Part shown: positions 11,796 through 26,100 of the stretch, one piece after another
Layout: each line of letters starts with the position of its first letter
How positions within the stretch are numbered: position 1 is the first letter of the stretch
Assembly (NCBI GenBank): GCA_002269645.1
Contig: NIVC01001102.1
Span: 1-64,000, forward strand
Reading direction: 5' to 3'
Length of the DNA stretch: 64,000 nucleotides
Source of the DNA: Macrostomum lignano
Lineage: Eukaryota
Made by a program: the position numbers and the translations under genes
The notes under the pieces: model-generated
What the model was told of the DNA's origin: nothing
The model's database searches: none
The model's input: the letters and a program-made list of their open reading frames with translations, nothing else

Positions 11796-12345
11796 AGGAG
11801 AGGGCGGAGATGAGAGGAGATGAGATAAGATGAGAGGACAGGAAAGGAGAGGAGAGGAAAGGAGAGGAGAGGAAAGGAGGCGAGAGGAGAGGAGAGGGGA
11901 GGTGAGGAAAGGAGAGGAGAGGAGAGGAGAGGGGAGGTGAGGAGAGGAGAGGAGAGGAGAGTAGAGGAGAGGAGAGAAGAGAGGAGAGGAGAGAAGAGGA
12001 GAGGAGAGGAGAGGAAAGAACAGGAGAGGAGAGGAAAGGAGAGGAGAGGAGAGGGGAGAAGAGGAGAGGAGAGGAGAGGAGAGGGGAGGAGAGGAGAGGA
12101 GAGGAGAGGAGAGGAGAGAAGAGGAGAGGAGAGGAGAGGAGAGGAGAGGGGAGGAGAGGAGAGGAGAGGAGAGGAGAGGGAGGAGAGGAGAGGAGAGGAG
12201 AGGGGAGGAGAGGAGAGGAGGGAGAGGAGAGGAGAGAACAGGAGAGGAGAGGAGAGGAGAGGAGAGGAGAGGGGAGGAGAGGAGAGGAGACGAGGGGAGA
12301 TAGAACGTGTTGAGAGAAGAGGAGACGAGATGAGAAGAAAGAGGA
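11796..12345. repeat. (GGAGA)n homopurine microsatellite
   Basis: Near-continuous AGAGG/GGAGA pentamers. Confidence 0.95.
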
Positions 12346-12808
12346 GTTGCAAAACAGAACAAAATTGAGTTAACTACGAATATCATTTGGGATTACAAAT
12401 AACTAAATGTAAAAATGGTCATGACGAAAGTTAATGCAGCCTATTCAAAAAATTCAGCTGATTAAGAACTGCTACAATGCTTATCAATTTGCCAATTTGT
12501 GCTAATAGACAACGCGCCCTGCCGTGCCCAGTTTCCAATTATGTTCGTCCTCAAAAAGGCCGCCCGTCATTCGTGTGAGCTTCTCAATTAGTAGTAAAGA
12601 AGCTGCTGGACATTTTAGTCTAATTAGATTTCCACTCGGCGCTGCACGCGCAATTTGGCTTTGAGACTTGAGCTGGGCACCTGTAAAGTCGGAACAACTG
12701 CTTAGTTCAGAGGCGTCGCCACCGGGGGGGGGGACAAGGGGGACATGCAAATGCTTTGTCCCACCACCCACGTTGCGATCCGTTGTGGAAATTAATAGTT
12801 TTGCTTCA

Positions 12809-13228
12809 GGGCGCCAAAATGAGTGCCTGCGGCGCCAAAAACGAGTGCCTGCGGCGCCAAAGTGAGTGCCTGCGGCGCCAAAATGAGTGCCTGAGGCGCC
12901 AAAATGAGTGCCTGAGGCGCCAAAATGAGTGCCTGAGGCGCCAAAATGAGTGCCTGAGGCGCCAAAATGAGTGCCTGAGGCGCCAAAATGAGTGCCTGAG
13001 GCGCTAAAATGAGTGCCTGAGGCGCCAAAATGAGTGCCTGAGGCGCTAAAATGAGTGCCTGAGGCGCCAAAATGAGTGCCTGAGGCGCTAAAATGAGTGC
13101 CTGCAAAGCTAAAATGAGTGCCTGCGGCGCCAAAATGAGTGCCTGAGGCGCCAAAATGAGTGCCTGAGGCGCTAAAATGAGTGCCTATAGCGCCAAAATG
13201 AGTGCCTGCGGCGCCAAAATAAGTGCCT
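12809..13228. repeat. 21-bp minisatellite (~20 copies)
   Basis: Unit GCGCCAAAATGAGTGCCTGAG. Confidence 0.95.
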
Positions 13229-13324
13229 AACAACACGTTCGATTCTCAAAATAATATACACGTAGGAATTTAGTAATGTACTGTACATGCAAATGAAGAA
13301 TTATTGTCTTTGTTCCCCCAACAC

Positions 13325-13528
13325 CAGGGTTCGGAAAAGTTTTAAGACCTTCAGGCCCTGGCCAGATTAGTGCATGACTTCGGCCCACAGGAGGGGAGAG
13401 GGAAGAGAGATAGGAGAAACGAGAGGTGAGGAGAAATGAGATTAAAGAGAAGGGATACAAACCTTCAAGTTTCAAGGAATCCGAGTGCCGGATAGAGAAG
13501 CTTTGTATGTCGGAGTTTGCGGACCCCT
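13325..13528 (-). mobile_element. hAT-like MITE copy with internal CT-rich tract
   Basis: Degenerate ends CAGGGTTCGGAAAAG / AGTTTGCGGACCCCT; on the minus strand it shares the motif AAGC(C/T)TCTCTATCCGGC...TTGAA with the copies at 16827 and ~32000. Confidence 0.45.
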
Positions 13529-14330
13529 CTGCATGCTGTAGGCGCCCTCTGCTATAGAAGTCATGGCTATATTACTGGTTAATTTTATAGCATTAAAGCT
13601 CGAATCTTGCTGACTGCATCGGCCTCAGTTGCTATTAATAACAACACAGCTCAGAAACAATAATATTAGGTCTAGAAGAAGAAACTGGGCACCGCCCATA
13701 CCGCTTTTATCCGATTGAATGTCTCGCCGCGCAAAGCTACATGTAGGGGTGGAGCGGGACAGGCTCAGGGAGGAACTGCTGGAGCAGCTCTGGATCCTGA
13801 CCAAATCCAATAGTCCCTCTCCGTTTCTGTAAACTCATTTCCCTGCCCAAATCTCTCTCGTCGGTGGGGACGGGCAACGCTCGTTCTCACCTAGACGCCC
13901 GTCGTGCCTCCCTATCCGGGACCCCGCCCAACCCCGCTCACCTCTGCACCTCTCCTGCCTCTCTACCCCGCTAAACTCCCCCGTTCATTTCAAAGAGTCA
14001 GTTAGGTTTGACATAGAAGAAGAAGGGGTGAGAGGGACTGACACTGACTGAAAGAGAGAGACAGAGAGTGGAAAGAGGACAGCGGCTCTCGGATGTTCAG
14101 CAGAAGAGAGAGAGACAGCCTCAGGAAGAAATAGCTGGCTTTGGCCATCCTGTGGGATTTATCCGCCTCCGCCCGTGCTCAAAGCTCTTCCCAACTGCAG
14201 TCCCATATTTGAGAAGCGCAATTTAAATAATATAGGAGAGCCAAGAGTGAAGACACTGCAGAGATTGTGGGACAGCTCTGTGGCTTTGCACTAGAATATT
14301 TTTTTTTAAAATCTTAGAAAACGGTCAGAA

Positions 14331-17147
14331 ATGATACAACAAATTTTAAAGCAACCGGGAACGGTATTAGCTATTATTTGGTTGTCTCTTGTGCAACCAG
14401 GTAAGTTGACTTGGTTTTATTTGTCTCTCGCTTCTAACATGTCCTCTCGCTGGTAGGGTGCCTGTCCTGTCTCTGGTAGGGTACCTGTCCTGTCTCTGGT
14501 AGGGTGCCTGTCCTCTCTGGTAGAGTGTCTGTCCTCTCGCTGGTAGGGTGCCTGTCCTCTCTGGTAGAGTGTCTGTCCTCTCGCTGGTAGGGTGCCTGTC
14601 CTGTCTCTGGTAGGGTACCTGTCCTCTCTCTGGTAGGGTGCTTGTCCTCTCTCTGGTAGGGTACCTGTCCTCTCTCTGGTAGGGTACCTGTCCTCTCTCT
14701 GGTAGGGTACCTGTCCTCTCTCTGGTAGGGTACCTGTCCTCTCTCTGGTAGGGTACCTGTCCTCTTTCTGGTAGGGTACCTGTCCTCTCTCTGGTAGGGT
14801 ACCTATCCTCTCTCTGGTAGGGTACCTGTCCTCTCTCTGGTAGGGTACCTGTCCTCTCTCTGGTAGGGTGCTTGTCCTCTCTCTGGTAGGGTACCTGTCC
14901 TCTCTCTCTGGTAGGGTACCTGTCCTCTCTCTGGTAGGGTACCTGTCCTCTCTCTGGTAGGGTGCTTGTCCTCTATCTGGTAGGGTACCTGTCCTCGCTG
15001 CTGGCGCCCCTGGTGACCCTTCGAACAACCACTTAGTTTATCCTTTTAAAATTTATATCATAAAGTTATAACAAATATTTCAAATCTGATTAGCAAATTA
15101 AAAAAACTAATAATAAATGTAATTTTCTAGAAATGAATTTTGGTAAGACTTTAAAATCATTTGCTCTTTAAGTCTGACTTTGATTATCAAATCAAAAGTA
15201 AAACAAAGTCACGGTCATATAATTTAATTTAATTCACAGTACTAATTGTTGCTAAATATAGCGCAGCCGCAAGGTTAATTAACCCAAGGTTGAGATAAAA
15301 AGTTACCTATACTTAAACTAGCAATCAATTTAAAGCTTTTAGAAAGGAATCCTATTCACTAAAGCCTAATTAATTATTAATCACCTATACATAGCTATAA
15401 AATGACCCACTGCATGAGTTTTTGAAGTTTTTCATCTTGTTAGATAGAAATCTCCCTGGCCATCTCGATTAAATTAGTTAATTATTAATTTGAATTGATG
15501 CAGGGACTGCTAAGCTCCGTCCATCCAATTAACCCTTGGATAGGTTTCGGCAATCTACCGCCCGCTGTGAGCAGGTGCGAAAATCTCAATAGCACCTACG
15601 TGACATTACCTGGCGGAGAGGACTGCTCGGGCTCGTCCTACATTATCTATTTTAAAGAAGAAATTCCTTCAGGTGAGAAATCGATTTTTTGACTACGGAA
15701 TTTGGCTTTTTAGACATCAAAAATGACATAGCCCCTCCTGACAAATTAAACCGCGCCACCTATCAAATGAAATGGCGCCTCCTATCAAATGAAATGGCGC
15801 CTCCAATCAAATGAAATGGCGCCTCCTATCAAATGAAATGGCGCCTTCTATTAAATGAAATGGCGCCTCCTGACAAATTAAACCGCGCCACCTATCAAAT
15901 GAAATGGCGCCTCCTATCAAATGAAATGGCGCCTCCAATCAAATGAAATGGCGCCTCCTATCAAATGAAATGGCACCTCCAATCAAATGAAATGGCGCCT
16001 CCAATCAAATGAAATGGCGCCTCCTATCAAATGAAATGGCACCTCCAATCAAATGAAATGGCGCCTCCTATCAAATGAAATGGCGCCTCCTATCAAATGA
16101 AATGGCGCCTTCTATCAAATGAAATGGCGCCTTCTATCAAATGAAATGGCGCATCTCTCTCTCAAATGAAGTGGCGCCAATCAACTAATGAAGTGGCGCC
16201 TCTCTCTCTCAAATTAAGTGGCGCCTCTCTCTCTCAAATGAAGTGGCGCCAATCAACTAATGAAGTGGCGCCTCTCTCTCAAATGAAATGGCGCCAATCA
16301 ACTAATGAAGTGGCGCCTCTCTCTCAAATGAAATGGCGCCAATCAACTAATGAAGTGGCGCCTCTCTCTCAAATGAAATGGCGCCAATCAACTATTTAAA
16401 TGGCGCCACTAATCTAACGAAATGGAACTTCCTATTAAAAGAATACTAAAAGTACATTCAGCAGTTATCCGCTCAATTCAATTCCAGGTGTGCCGCTGAT
16501 GCGCATTGTTGCAGCAGACGCCGACGGTGACAGCGTCTCCATGCAGCTGGTCGGCGCTGATCAGGCCACCTACTTCTTCCGGCTGACGTCGGATAGTGCG
16601 AGCAGGACCGCCGTGTTGTACTCTAGCGGTCGTCTCGATGCTGAGGTTCGATTCGAAATCGATTCAATATCGTTCCAGTAGGGATTTTGGGAAGTAGAAA
16701 GTACGCACATAACATCAACCAAAAAGTAAAACATGCTAGAGCAAGAAAAGTTTAGGCAAAATTTACTTTTCCAATCTCTTTAGTGTATCTTGTGTTTCCG
16801 TGTATCTTTGCGAATTCTCTTGCGAGCAGGGGTCTGCGAAGCCTCTCTATCCAGGCCTTCGGGTTCTTTGAAACTCCGATCAGTTCTCTTCTCTCCTATT
16901 TTATCTCCTCTCTTGCCTCTCGCCTCTCCTCTCTTCTTTTCTCTCACCTTTTCTCTCTTTTGTGTTCTCTCTCCTCTCCCCTCTCAATTTCTCTTCCCTC
17001 TCATCTCATCTTGCTCTTTTCTCATCTTGCTCTTTTGGCTTTTTGATTTAGATTTAGATTTAGATTTTTTGGCCTGACGAAGAGCCCAGAGGCTTGAAAC
17101 CTTTAGCCTATAATAAAAAATTAAACACGACGTGACCTCTCTTCTCT

Positions 17148-17183
<36 letters not shown>

Positions 17184-20100
17184 ACCTCTCCCCTCTCAAT
17201 TTCTCTTCCCTCTCATCTCATCTTGCTCTTTTCTCATCTCCTCTCTCGCCTTTACAGTCTCCGCTCTTCTCTAATCTCCCTCTCATCTACTGTCTCGCCT
17301 CTCTCCTTTCATCTCATCTCTCCTCTCATCTTCTCAATTCTTTCTCCTTTTCTCATTTCGTCTCTCACCTCTCCCATCTCCTTTCTTTTCTTCACTCTCA
17401 ACTATTCTCTCTCTCCTCTATTTCCTATTCTTTCTCTTTTATTTGGGCCGCAGCTGGATTCTTTATTTAGCACATGATTTAAAAAAGAGTTTGTAAGAGA
17501 CTTCCGTACTAATTTCTTCTACGTTTTGCGCTGGATACAATTCTAGTCCCGAATTTAATTCTTTTAATTTTGTAATCGATTCTACAGTGACATACAAGCT
17601 AAAATATCATACCGAATGCTAATTCAATATCATTTTTCAGAGCTACAATAAGATTTCAATGGAATTACAGATTACACTTAACGATGGAAATCTAAATATA
17701 GTAAGGCGGTTGTAACTTTGAAAATCTTCGGTTCATTATTTAAACATCATGCCTAGTTACTTCGGTATTCGCTTTACAGATTTCTAAACTGTTTAACCCA
17801 GTAATAATTACCGACATAAATGACAACAAGCCCGAGTTCCTGCTTCAGCCGTATCGATGGGAAATTCCCGAGGTAAGTTCTCCACCGAAACTGGGTAAGC
17901 TTAAGGGTTAACGACTGTTTATTGTGCCAAAGTGAGCCCAGAAACTAAATGAAAGAGCTTCATTCATTTTATCAGAGGCTGCGACGTATGACAGGGGAAA
18001 TTAACTTTTGACATTTCTTGGACGTGGCATCTCCCCGAGACAGGGGTAGAGGCGCCCACCAAGAGACAAAGACGCCCACCAAGAGACAAAGACTCCCACC
18101 AAGAGACAAAGACGCCCACCAAGAGACAAAGACGCCCACCAAGAGACAAAGACGCCCACCAAGAGACAAAGACGCCCACCAAGAGACAAAGACGCCCACC
18201 AAGAGATAGGCACGCCCATCAAGAGACAGGAGCGCCCATTAAGAGACGGGGACGCACATCAAAAGACATGGGACGCCCACCAAGAAACAAAAACACCCAC
18301 CAAGAGACAAAGGCGCCCACCAAGAGACAGGCACGCCCATCAAGAGACATGGACGCCCATTAAGAGACGGGGACGCACATCAAGAGACATGGACGCCCAT
18401 TAAGAGACGGGGACGCACATCAAGAGACATGGACGCCCATTAAGAGACGGGGACGCACATCAAGAGACATGGACGCCCATTAAGAGACGGGGACGCACAT
18501 CAAGAGACATGGACGCCCATTAAGAGACGGGGACGCACATCAAGAGACATGGACGCCCATTAAGAGACGGGGACGCACATCAAGAGACATGGACGCCCAT
18601 TAAGAGACGGGGACGCACATCAAGAGACATGGACGCCCATTAAGAGACGGGGACGCACATCAAGAGACATGGACGCCCACCAAGAGACAAAACCACCCAC
18701 GAAGAGACAAAAGCGCCCACCAAGAGACAAAGGAGCCCACCAAGAGACAGGGACACCCATCAAGAGACATGGACGCCCATTAAGAGACGGGGACGCACAT
18801 CAAGAGACAGGGGCGCCCAAGACACCAAATATCGGCGCCCCGTAGGCTTGCGGCCCCCTTGAATTAAATTCCTGCGTACGACACTGCTCAAGGGCGAATC
18901 GACTATCAATTTGATTTGACCGAACCTTCCCGGGTGATCTGTTAACTAAGCTCTTGGCCAGCTTTGAAAACGTATTATTTATCTATTCGAATGCTTCTTA
19001 CAGAATACCCTATCGGTCGCGCCGTTCAAAGTGCAAGCCATTGACAGGGACCGGGACGCTGGCTCAATCCAGCTGAATTTTAAGGTTGGTTTCTACGAAC
19101 CGCAGCTGGTTCTCTCAATTTTGTTAAACTAACGCCGTAATGAGTAGTGGGTAGAGCGTCGGACTCACGACTGAAAGGTCGGGGGTTCGATTCTTTACCA
19201 CTCGGAACCATTTGTGTCCTTGAGCAAGACACCTAACTCTGCATTGCTTCAGTCCACTGAGCTGTAAAATTGGTGCCATCATTAACTGGGATAATTGAGG
19301 TTGTGTGTGGCGACCCCCCAGCCTTGGACTGAACAGCCGTACGCAGCCAGCGGCTGAACTGTCGGTTGCACCTCAGGTGCAATAAATTATTATTAATATT
19401 AATATTAAACTAATGCAACGAGTTTCCGAATAATTTGTCCTTTATTGATCCCATCAACCGGTCAATTTACTCAACAGGAGGTGTCAGGAATCAACATTGA
19501 CGGTCTGTTTAGCTTCACCGGCCCCAATTGTCGCGCCTCCTGCGAACGGAACGTCTCATTGTTAAAGGCGCTGGACTATGAGACTAACAAGTTCTACCAG
19601 ATTGCCGTTAACGCTACGGATACTTCCGCTGGCGGGTCATCCGTCTTTTCCGACATCATTATCAACGTGCTCGATCAGCAGGACACGCCGCCCTTCTTTC
19701 AGAAAGTGCCCTACATCGCCAGAATCCCGGAGAACTCTCCCAAAGATACACTTGTAGTGACTGTACAAGCCTTAGATGGAGATCGCGGCGTGCCTAACCC
19801 CGTCGAGTACTACCTGGATCCTGCCAACGCCTTCTCTAAGTACTTCAGCCTAGACAAGTCCACCGGCCAACTGACTGTTGGTTCAACTCCGCTAGACCGG
19901 GAGAGTGCGGAGCTACTAGCCGTGTACGGAACAATCGACCTGCCCGTCATCGCCAAGGAGGTCTCGACGGTATCGCAGCCTGAAAATATCTCACAGACGC
20001 GAACCAGCGTCGCTATCATTGTAGAGGATCAGAACGATCGCACTCCAACCTTCAATCAGGCTACTTTCAACGCTAGCGTAGTTGAAAACACCCAGGTTGG

Positions 20101-23100
20101 AGTTCCAATCAGTTTCGCAGATCGAGTTGTCGTACAGGATTTCGATGCTGGAGTCAACGCTCTGTTCAATATAACGGTGTGGAAGGACGGTCGAACATAC
20201 GCAGACTTTGAGGTGGCACCAGCAACGGGGTCGGTGGAAGCTACCTTGATCGTCCGAGTAAAGAATTCAACACTGTTGGACTACGAAACTGTGAAGAGTG
20301 TCAACTTTCTGGTAAGAAAGCAGGTTTTTTGGCCGCATAAGAAGTACAAATAAATAATGACATTAAATTACTTTTTCATTGTAGATGATAGCCAGAGAGA
20401 CGCAAACGACGGAACTTCGGTCGAGCACCGCCACGGTCGCTTTGCAAATCATCGATGCTAATGATAACTGGCCAATATTTGACAAGACAAAGTACGTCTT
20501 TAGCATCCTGGAAAACTCCGTTCAAGGTGTTGTTGTGGGACGAGTTACAGTAAGCTTTTCGCACTGCTCTGTGTTTGTTAAAACCAGTGTGATTGCAAAC
20601 TAAATACTCGAAACTAACTATACATTTTTCAGGCCACTGACTTGGACAGTGGTGCTTTCGGAGCAATATTATACAGCTTGGATGGAACAGACAACAATAT
20701 GTAAGTTGCTATAGCTACCCCTGTTCAAGAAGCATAAATAAATTTGCTACATTTGTCAACACGCGTTCGCACTACAGATTCAGCATTAACTCTGACACTG
20801 GAGAAGTAACGGTAAACGTAGACCCTGCCACAACTCCCGCGACAACGCCGCTGGATCGCGAACGCATTTCAGTGATCTATTTAGCCGCAAGAGCTCGCGA
20901 CGGTGGGGGCTTTGTGAGCACAGTGCAACTGGAGGTCCACCTGACCGACGTCAACGACAATGCACCCGTGTTCACTCGTCCAAGCTACTCGGGACTAGTG
21001 AAAGAGAACTCGTTGACATTTGAGAGCCCTCTGCAGGTTGAGGTTCGTAACTGCTTAATGCCTGATTAGCGATCAGTAGCTGCGTTTCCGATTTCAACCG
21101 GCCTGTCTGTCATTCTGTTCGACAGCGACTCTCCTGTGGAGATGATGACCCACTCGGATTCCCTCCGTGATCCCCTTATTGACGAACACGAGAAAAAACA
21201 TCTGGGAGAGAGTCGTTTACAATAATGATATTGATTAATTGAGATTGGCACAGTAGAACACAGGCTTAGCTGCTCACTAAATCCCTAACTCTCCTCTCCC
21301 TACCTTTTCATTACCTCGATCTCACCATTCTAAACATTACTTTCATGCTTTTCCATTCTGTCCCTCTACCCAACACGCGCTTCCTAGGCGATAGGATTCT
21401 GTCGATGAAACCTTTTTGTAACAAGACTTGCTTTAGTGGGCGGGGCCGATGCAGAGGATGAGCTGTTCTCAGCTATGATCCAGATGGCCACGCCAAAGAG
21501 CTTAGATTATCGTATCTGACTAGTTCGTGGGCGTTGTACTTTAATGACTAGTATAGACAAGGAATTGGTTGGATTTTTTGTATCTCCCCATTCGATAAAC
21601 CATTAAATCGACATTACCAGCGCTTCTGTTTGTCGTTCATGCACTTCCACTGTTAACTTTAGGCCGTTGACAACGACGAGAAAGGCTCTAACAATAGTCT
21701 AGTTCAGTACGCGATTGTTGACGGCAACTATGGGTCAAGCTTTGCCGTCAATCAGTCAACGGGATCTCTGAGCCTTGTGAAGCCGCTAGACTACGAGACT
21801 CTGACGCATCCGACCATTCTTCTGAGGGTGGCAGCCTATGACGCTGGCGTGCCAGTATTGTCCAATTTCGTAACTGTCACGGTGGGCGTTATTGACCAGA
21901 ATGATAACGCTCCCAGTTGTATAAAGGATGTATTTAGCGCAACCGTAGCCGAAACCGCACCCGAAGGAACATTCGTGGCCCAAATAAATGCTACGGATGC
22001 TGATCCTTCTGTCAGCGAGAACTCGAAGGTGTTCTATCGCATTCAAAGTGGAGCCGCCGACAAGTTCACCATATTTGGTGACACAGGCATAGTGCAGGTT
22101 GAAAGAGGAGCCGATTTGGATGTGAACAGATTCGGGGATAGATACAACTTGACAATCGGTGTATATGATCAGGGCTACCCACAGCTGAGCGGGTCCTGCC
22201 TTCTAGTAGTCAGTGTAAGGGATGTCAACAACCAACGGCCGTACTTTGAAGTGTTGAGTAGACGCGAAACAGTGCAAGAGAACCTGCCGCTGGGGCTCTC
22301 ACTACCGATTTTGCCTCCCTACACGGCCAAGGATCCCGATTCATCGGCCAATCTGAGCTATCGCATTCTGTACGACCAAATGTCGGCTTTGCAACCAAGC
22401 GGTCAACCTGTTCAACCCGCGGCATACAATTACACATCACTATTCACTGTCGTTCCAACAACTGGAGCTATCACGGTGGTTGGAACTCTGGATCGCGAAC
22501 AGGCTGGCGAGATCACTATACCAATATTTGTACAAGATCTTGCAAACGAAACCGTGCAACCGATCCAAACGGCTACAGGGACTCTTATTCTAACACTAAG
22601 CGACGTTAACGATGAATGGCCAGTGTTCCAACCTCCAGCAGTGAACGGAACCTTCCGAATTTCAATCTACGAGGGAACGGTAGAAATCAGTACCAAGCTC
22701 CTTGCAATAGATGCAGATTCCTCAACTACCAAGCTGCAGTATAGTACATTGCCAACAAATGATCCTTACTTTGGCATTGATCCCAATACAGCCCAATTAT
22801 CACTGAAAACGCCCTTGGATCGTGAAGCAATAAGTAGGTACACCCTATTAGTGTTGGTAACAGATTCGCTGCATAAAACCACTGGAACGGTAGAAATTAC
22901 TGTTTTGGATATTAATGACGTGCAGCCGACATTTTATCAGTTCAGTGATACGCTGTCAGTGCCAGAGAACATTAGTGTTGGCAGCTTACTGACTACTATT
23001 AAAGCCTACGACAACGACACAGGAGCATTCGGCACCGTCAACTACCGAATCCTCAGCGGTGGAGGCGGCAAATTCAGTCTGAACAGCGAAACTGGCGAAC

Positions 23101-26100
23101 TACATTTGACTGCACCGTTGGATCGCGACGTGACTGGCGGAGACGTCTACAACCTGGTTATTGAAGCGTTTGACAATCCAGGGAGTACGAACAGTCTGAA
23201 AAGCAGTCGAAGTATGGTCATAAATATCCTTGACGTTAACGACAATGCTCCTCGATTTTCTCAAGCGAACTTCACCATCACAACGCTAACGGAGAGCGCC
23301 ACTGCTGGGCAGTTAATTCGTGAAATATCAGCCACAGATGCGGATGTAGGCGTGAATCGAGAGATAGATTTCTCTTTGCAACCAGTTCCTGGTCAAAGCG
23401 ATCGGGCAATGTCACTGTTTACGGTCACTACTAAGCAGACGGGCGACAGCTACTCTGCCAGCTTGACAACCAGCACTGATCTCAAAGGCGCTGTTGGTTG
23501 GTTCTACTTGATCCTCTTGGCTACTGATAAAGGCGATCCAAGACAAACGGGTTCTACTCATCTGACTATCTCAGTCAGCGATGTTAATGACCATGCTCCA
23601 GAGTTTATCTATCCAAACGTTTCCGAAATTCACGTTCGAATCAACGAATCCACAAACGCATCGAGCACTATAGGCAAGGAGCTTCTACAAGCGGTTGCTA
23701 CTGATAAAGACTATGGAGTTAATGCTGTCGTTCGATTCAGTCTCACATCGTCGACAACAGATCAGACAGCGTTTCGCATCGATCCAGTATCTGGTTTGTT
23801 AACTGTCGCTATTAACTTGCGTCGCACCCTGCAGATACAGTACCGATTTCAGATACAGGCCACAGATCAAGGCGCGTCACCTTTGAGCTCTCAGACCAGC
23901 GTCGTAGTTGAAGTCTGGGCCGTGGACGAGAGCCCGCCAGCCTTTCCGCAGCAGTCCAGAGAGCAGACGTTCACTCTGATGGAGAACTTGCCGCCTGCAG
24001 CAACTATAGAAGGCATGAATCTAACGGGAACTCGGCTTGGATCAATTGGCAAAGCTGTCAATACCGATCTGGGCACCCCAACTGCACAGATATGCTACTT
24101 CATGATATGTAAGTTTCTCACGATTTTCATTTGCTTTCTTAAGGGCTGGTTGTAGCCTAGTGGTTAGAGCGTCGGACTCACGACTGGAAGGTCGGGGGTT
24201 CGATTCTCGACCCACAAGGAAAATTTGTGTGTCCTTGAGCAAGACACTTAATTATCCATTGCTTCAGTCCACTCAGCTGTAAAATGGGTGCCAGCATTAG
24301 CTGGGGTAATTAAGGGTGTGTGTGGCGACCCCGGCCCAGTCCTTGGACTGAACAAACGTACGCAGCCTTCAGATCCGCCACGCAATAGCTGCGGCTGAAC
24401 TCCCGGTCTCACATCTGCCCATTAAGGCTGGTGTGATCAATTATCTATCGCTTTCTTAAGCATTACGTTCTATGCTTGATCTTGCAGCAAAGTCTTACGA
24501 CAACTTCTTCGTGAAAAAGACCAACGGAGATTTCTACGCTCTAATACAGGCGGATCGGGAATCGAAGCCTCAATATACAATCCACGTGATTGCCGTCAGT
24601 GCGAGCTACTGCTCATCTAGTAAGTCGCTAATCTTATTTATAAAACCATTGCAAATTAAATCACCCGCATATTCACAGCAAGCTTACTCGTACCTATTGA
24701 CAACCGCTTAATCATCAAAACCCCGTCCCAGCTATGGAGATCTTGAAAAAATACGTTGAAAAAAACTGATGCAAAGAAATATTTCCGTAGCTGAAAAATA
24801 AAAAAATCATCCGTTTTTCAATTAATTTGTAATTTCGAAATGATGACCACTTTAAAAAGTTTGTTTATACTCTACACAGTTGTCTGATAACGGAGAGTAA
24901 GGGGAAGTCTTACTGCCTTACTCCTCTTTCCTAGGTGCATACGAATGGAATGCAGCGCCTAAGGAGCTGAGTCGAACTCGCCGCTCCCTGGACGCCGATC
25001 CCGTAGCCTACGATCCCAGCAACCCGTCGATGGCTCAGATTGTCGTGCAAATCGGCGACGTCAACGATAATCCGCCGGTATGGCGATCGGCCGCTTTCTT
25101 CGGCGGTGTCACGGTTGACAGTCCGCCAGGAACCGTTGTATTAAGCTTCTCCCAGTACGTCTCCGACGCAGATGCCGGCAATAACAGCGCCCTAACGTTC
25201 GGCATCTCGAATATTCGAGCAGACACGAGCCAGCTAGCCAACCAGCTGCAACAGCTGGGCATCACCAACACGGTGCTAAGCATTGCGGCTAACGGAGCTT
25301 TACGAACCGGTGATAAAACCTATTTCCAAGAAACAATGTCGGGCTCTTTGATCTTCAACGTCAGCGTTAGCGATTCTCGCTTCACCTCTTGGGCCAGTTG
25401 CACTATTTATCTGTTATCGCTTAACCAGCAAATAGTCGTCACTCTTAGCGACAACACGCGAGGAGCTGGCGCAGTACGAGACGAACTGATGGCCTACCTG
25501 AGCAACATCACCGGCTGGAGAATTGTGGCTAACAATATTGTCACTTACAAACGCGAGGACGGCACGGCGGATGATACCAAGTGAGTCTTTTTATCCACAA
25601 ACAATTTCCTCTCAACATTTGTAAGATTAAATGAAACGGGAACCACGAGTCCACTCTAATTAATAGGAGCGACATCTACATTCACGCGATCAATAAGACA
25701 ACAAACGCAATCATTTCTGCCCTAACTGTACGTGACAAAATTGACAAGCTCTGGTCAGAACTACCGGTGCTGTACAAAACCTACAACGTACTGTGGGTCC
25801 GGCTCGCAGTTCAACCTGCGCCAACGGATTCTACGTTGGAGATTCTGAAGATTGCCCTGATTGCTGTCGCCTGCGGTCTGACCGTAATGCTATTCTTCTC
25901 CTGCGTATCGCTCTGGTCCTGCAGACGAATGTATCGCCGAAAGCTGAAAGCTGCCACTGCGGTCGCCTTTGGTAAGGACTTGTAGCTGGTGGTTTCAAGG
26001 CCCCTCCCGCCTAGTAACTGAATGGGCAGGGGCGTAGCTAGGATCGTTCAGTGGGATGTCTTCATGGGGCTTTAGCGCCAGGGGTTTTAGTACCAGGGGC

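Noticed and set aside
13541-15015. CTCF-like motifs (GCGCCCTCTGCTAT at ~13542; GGCGCCCCTGGTGA at ~15003)
   Set aside because: Both are imperfect matches, sit at the edges of repeat or MITE-like sequence, and have no independent support.
21085-21225. Protein-like stretch in cadherin intron 10 (AAFPISTGLSVILFDSDSPVEMM...)
   Set aside because: No phase-compatible acceptor and donor pair was found, it ends in a stop, and the cadherin model is complete without it.
24144-24215. Possible tRNA-Val(CAC) gene (also at ~19135)
   Set aside because: The anticodon stem does not pair, there is no acceptor stem or terminator, and it continues into a SINE core bounded by TSDs.
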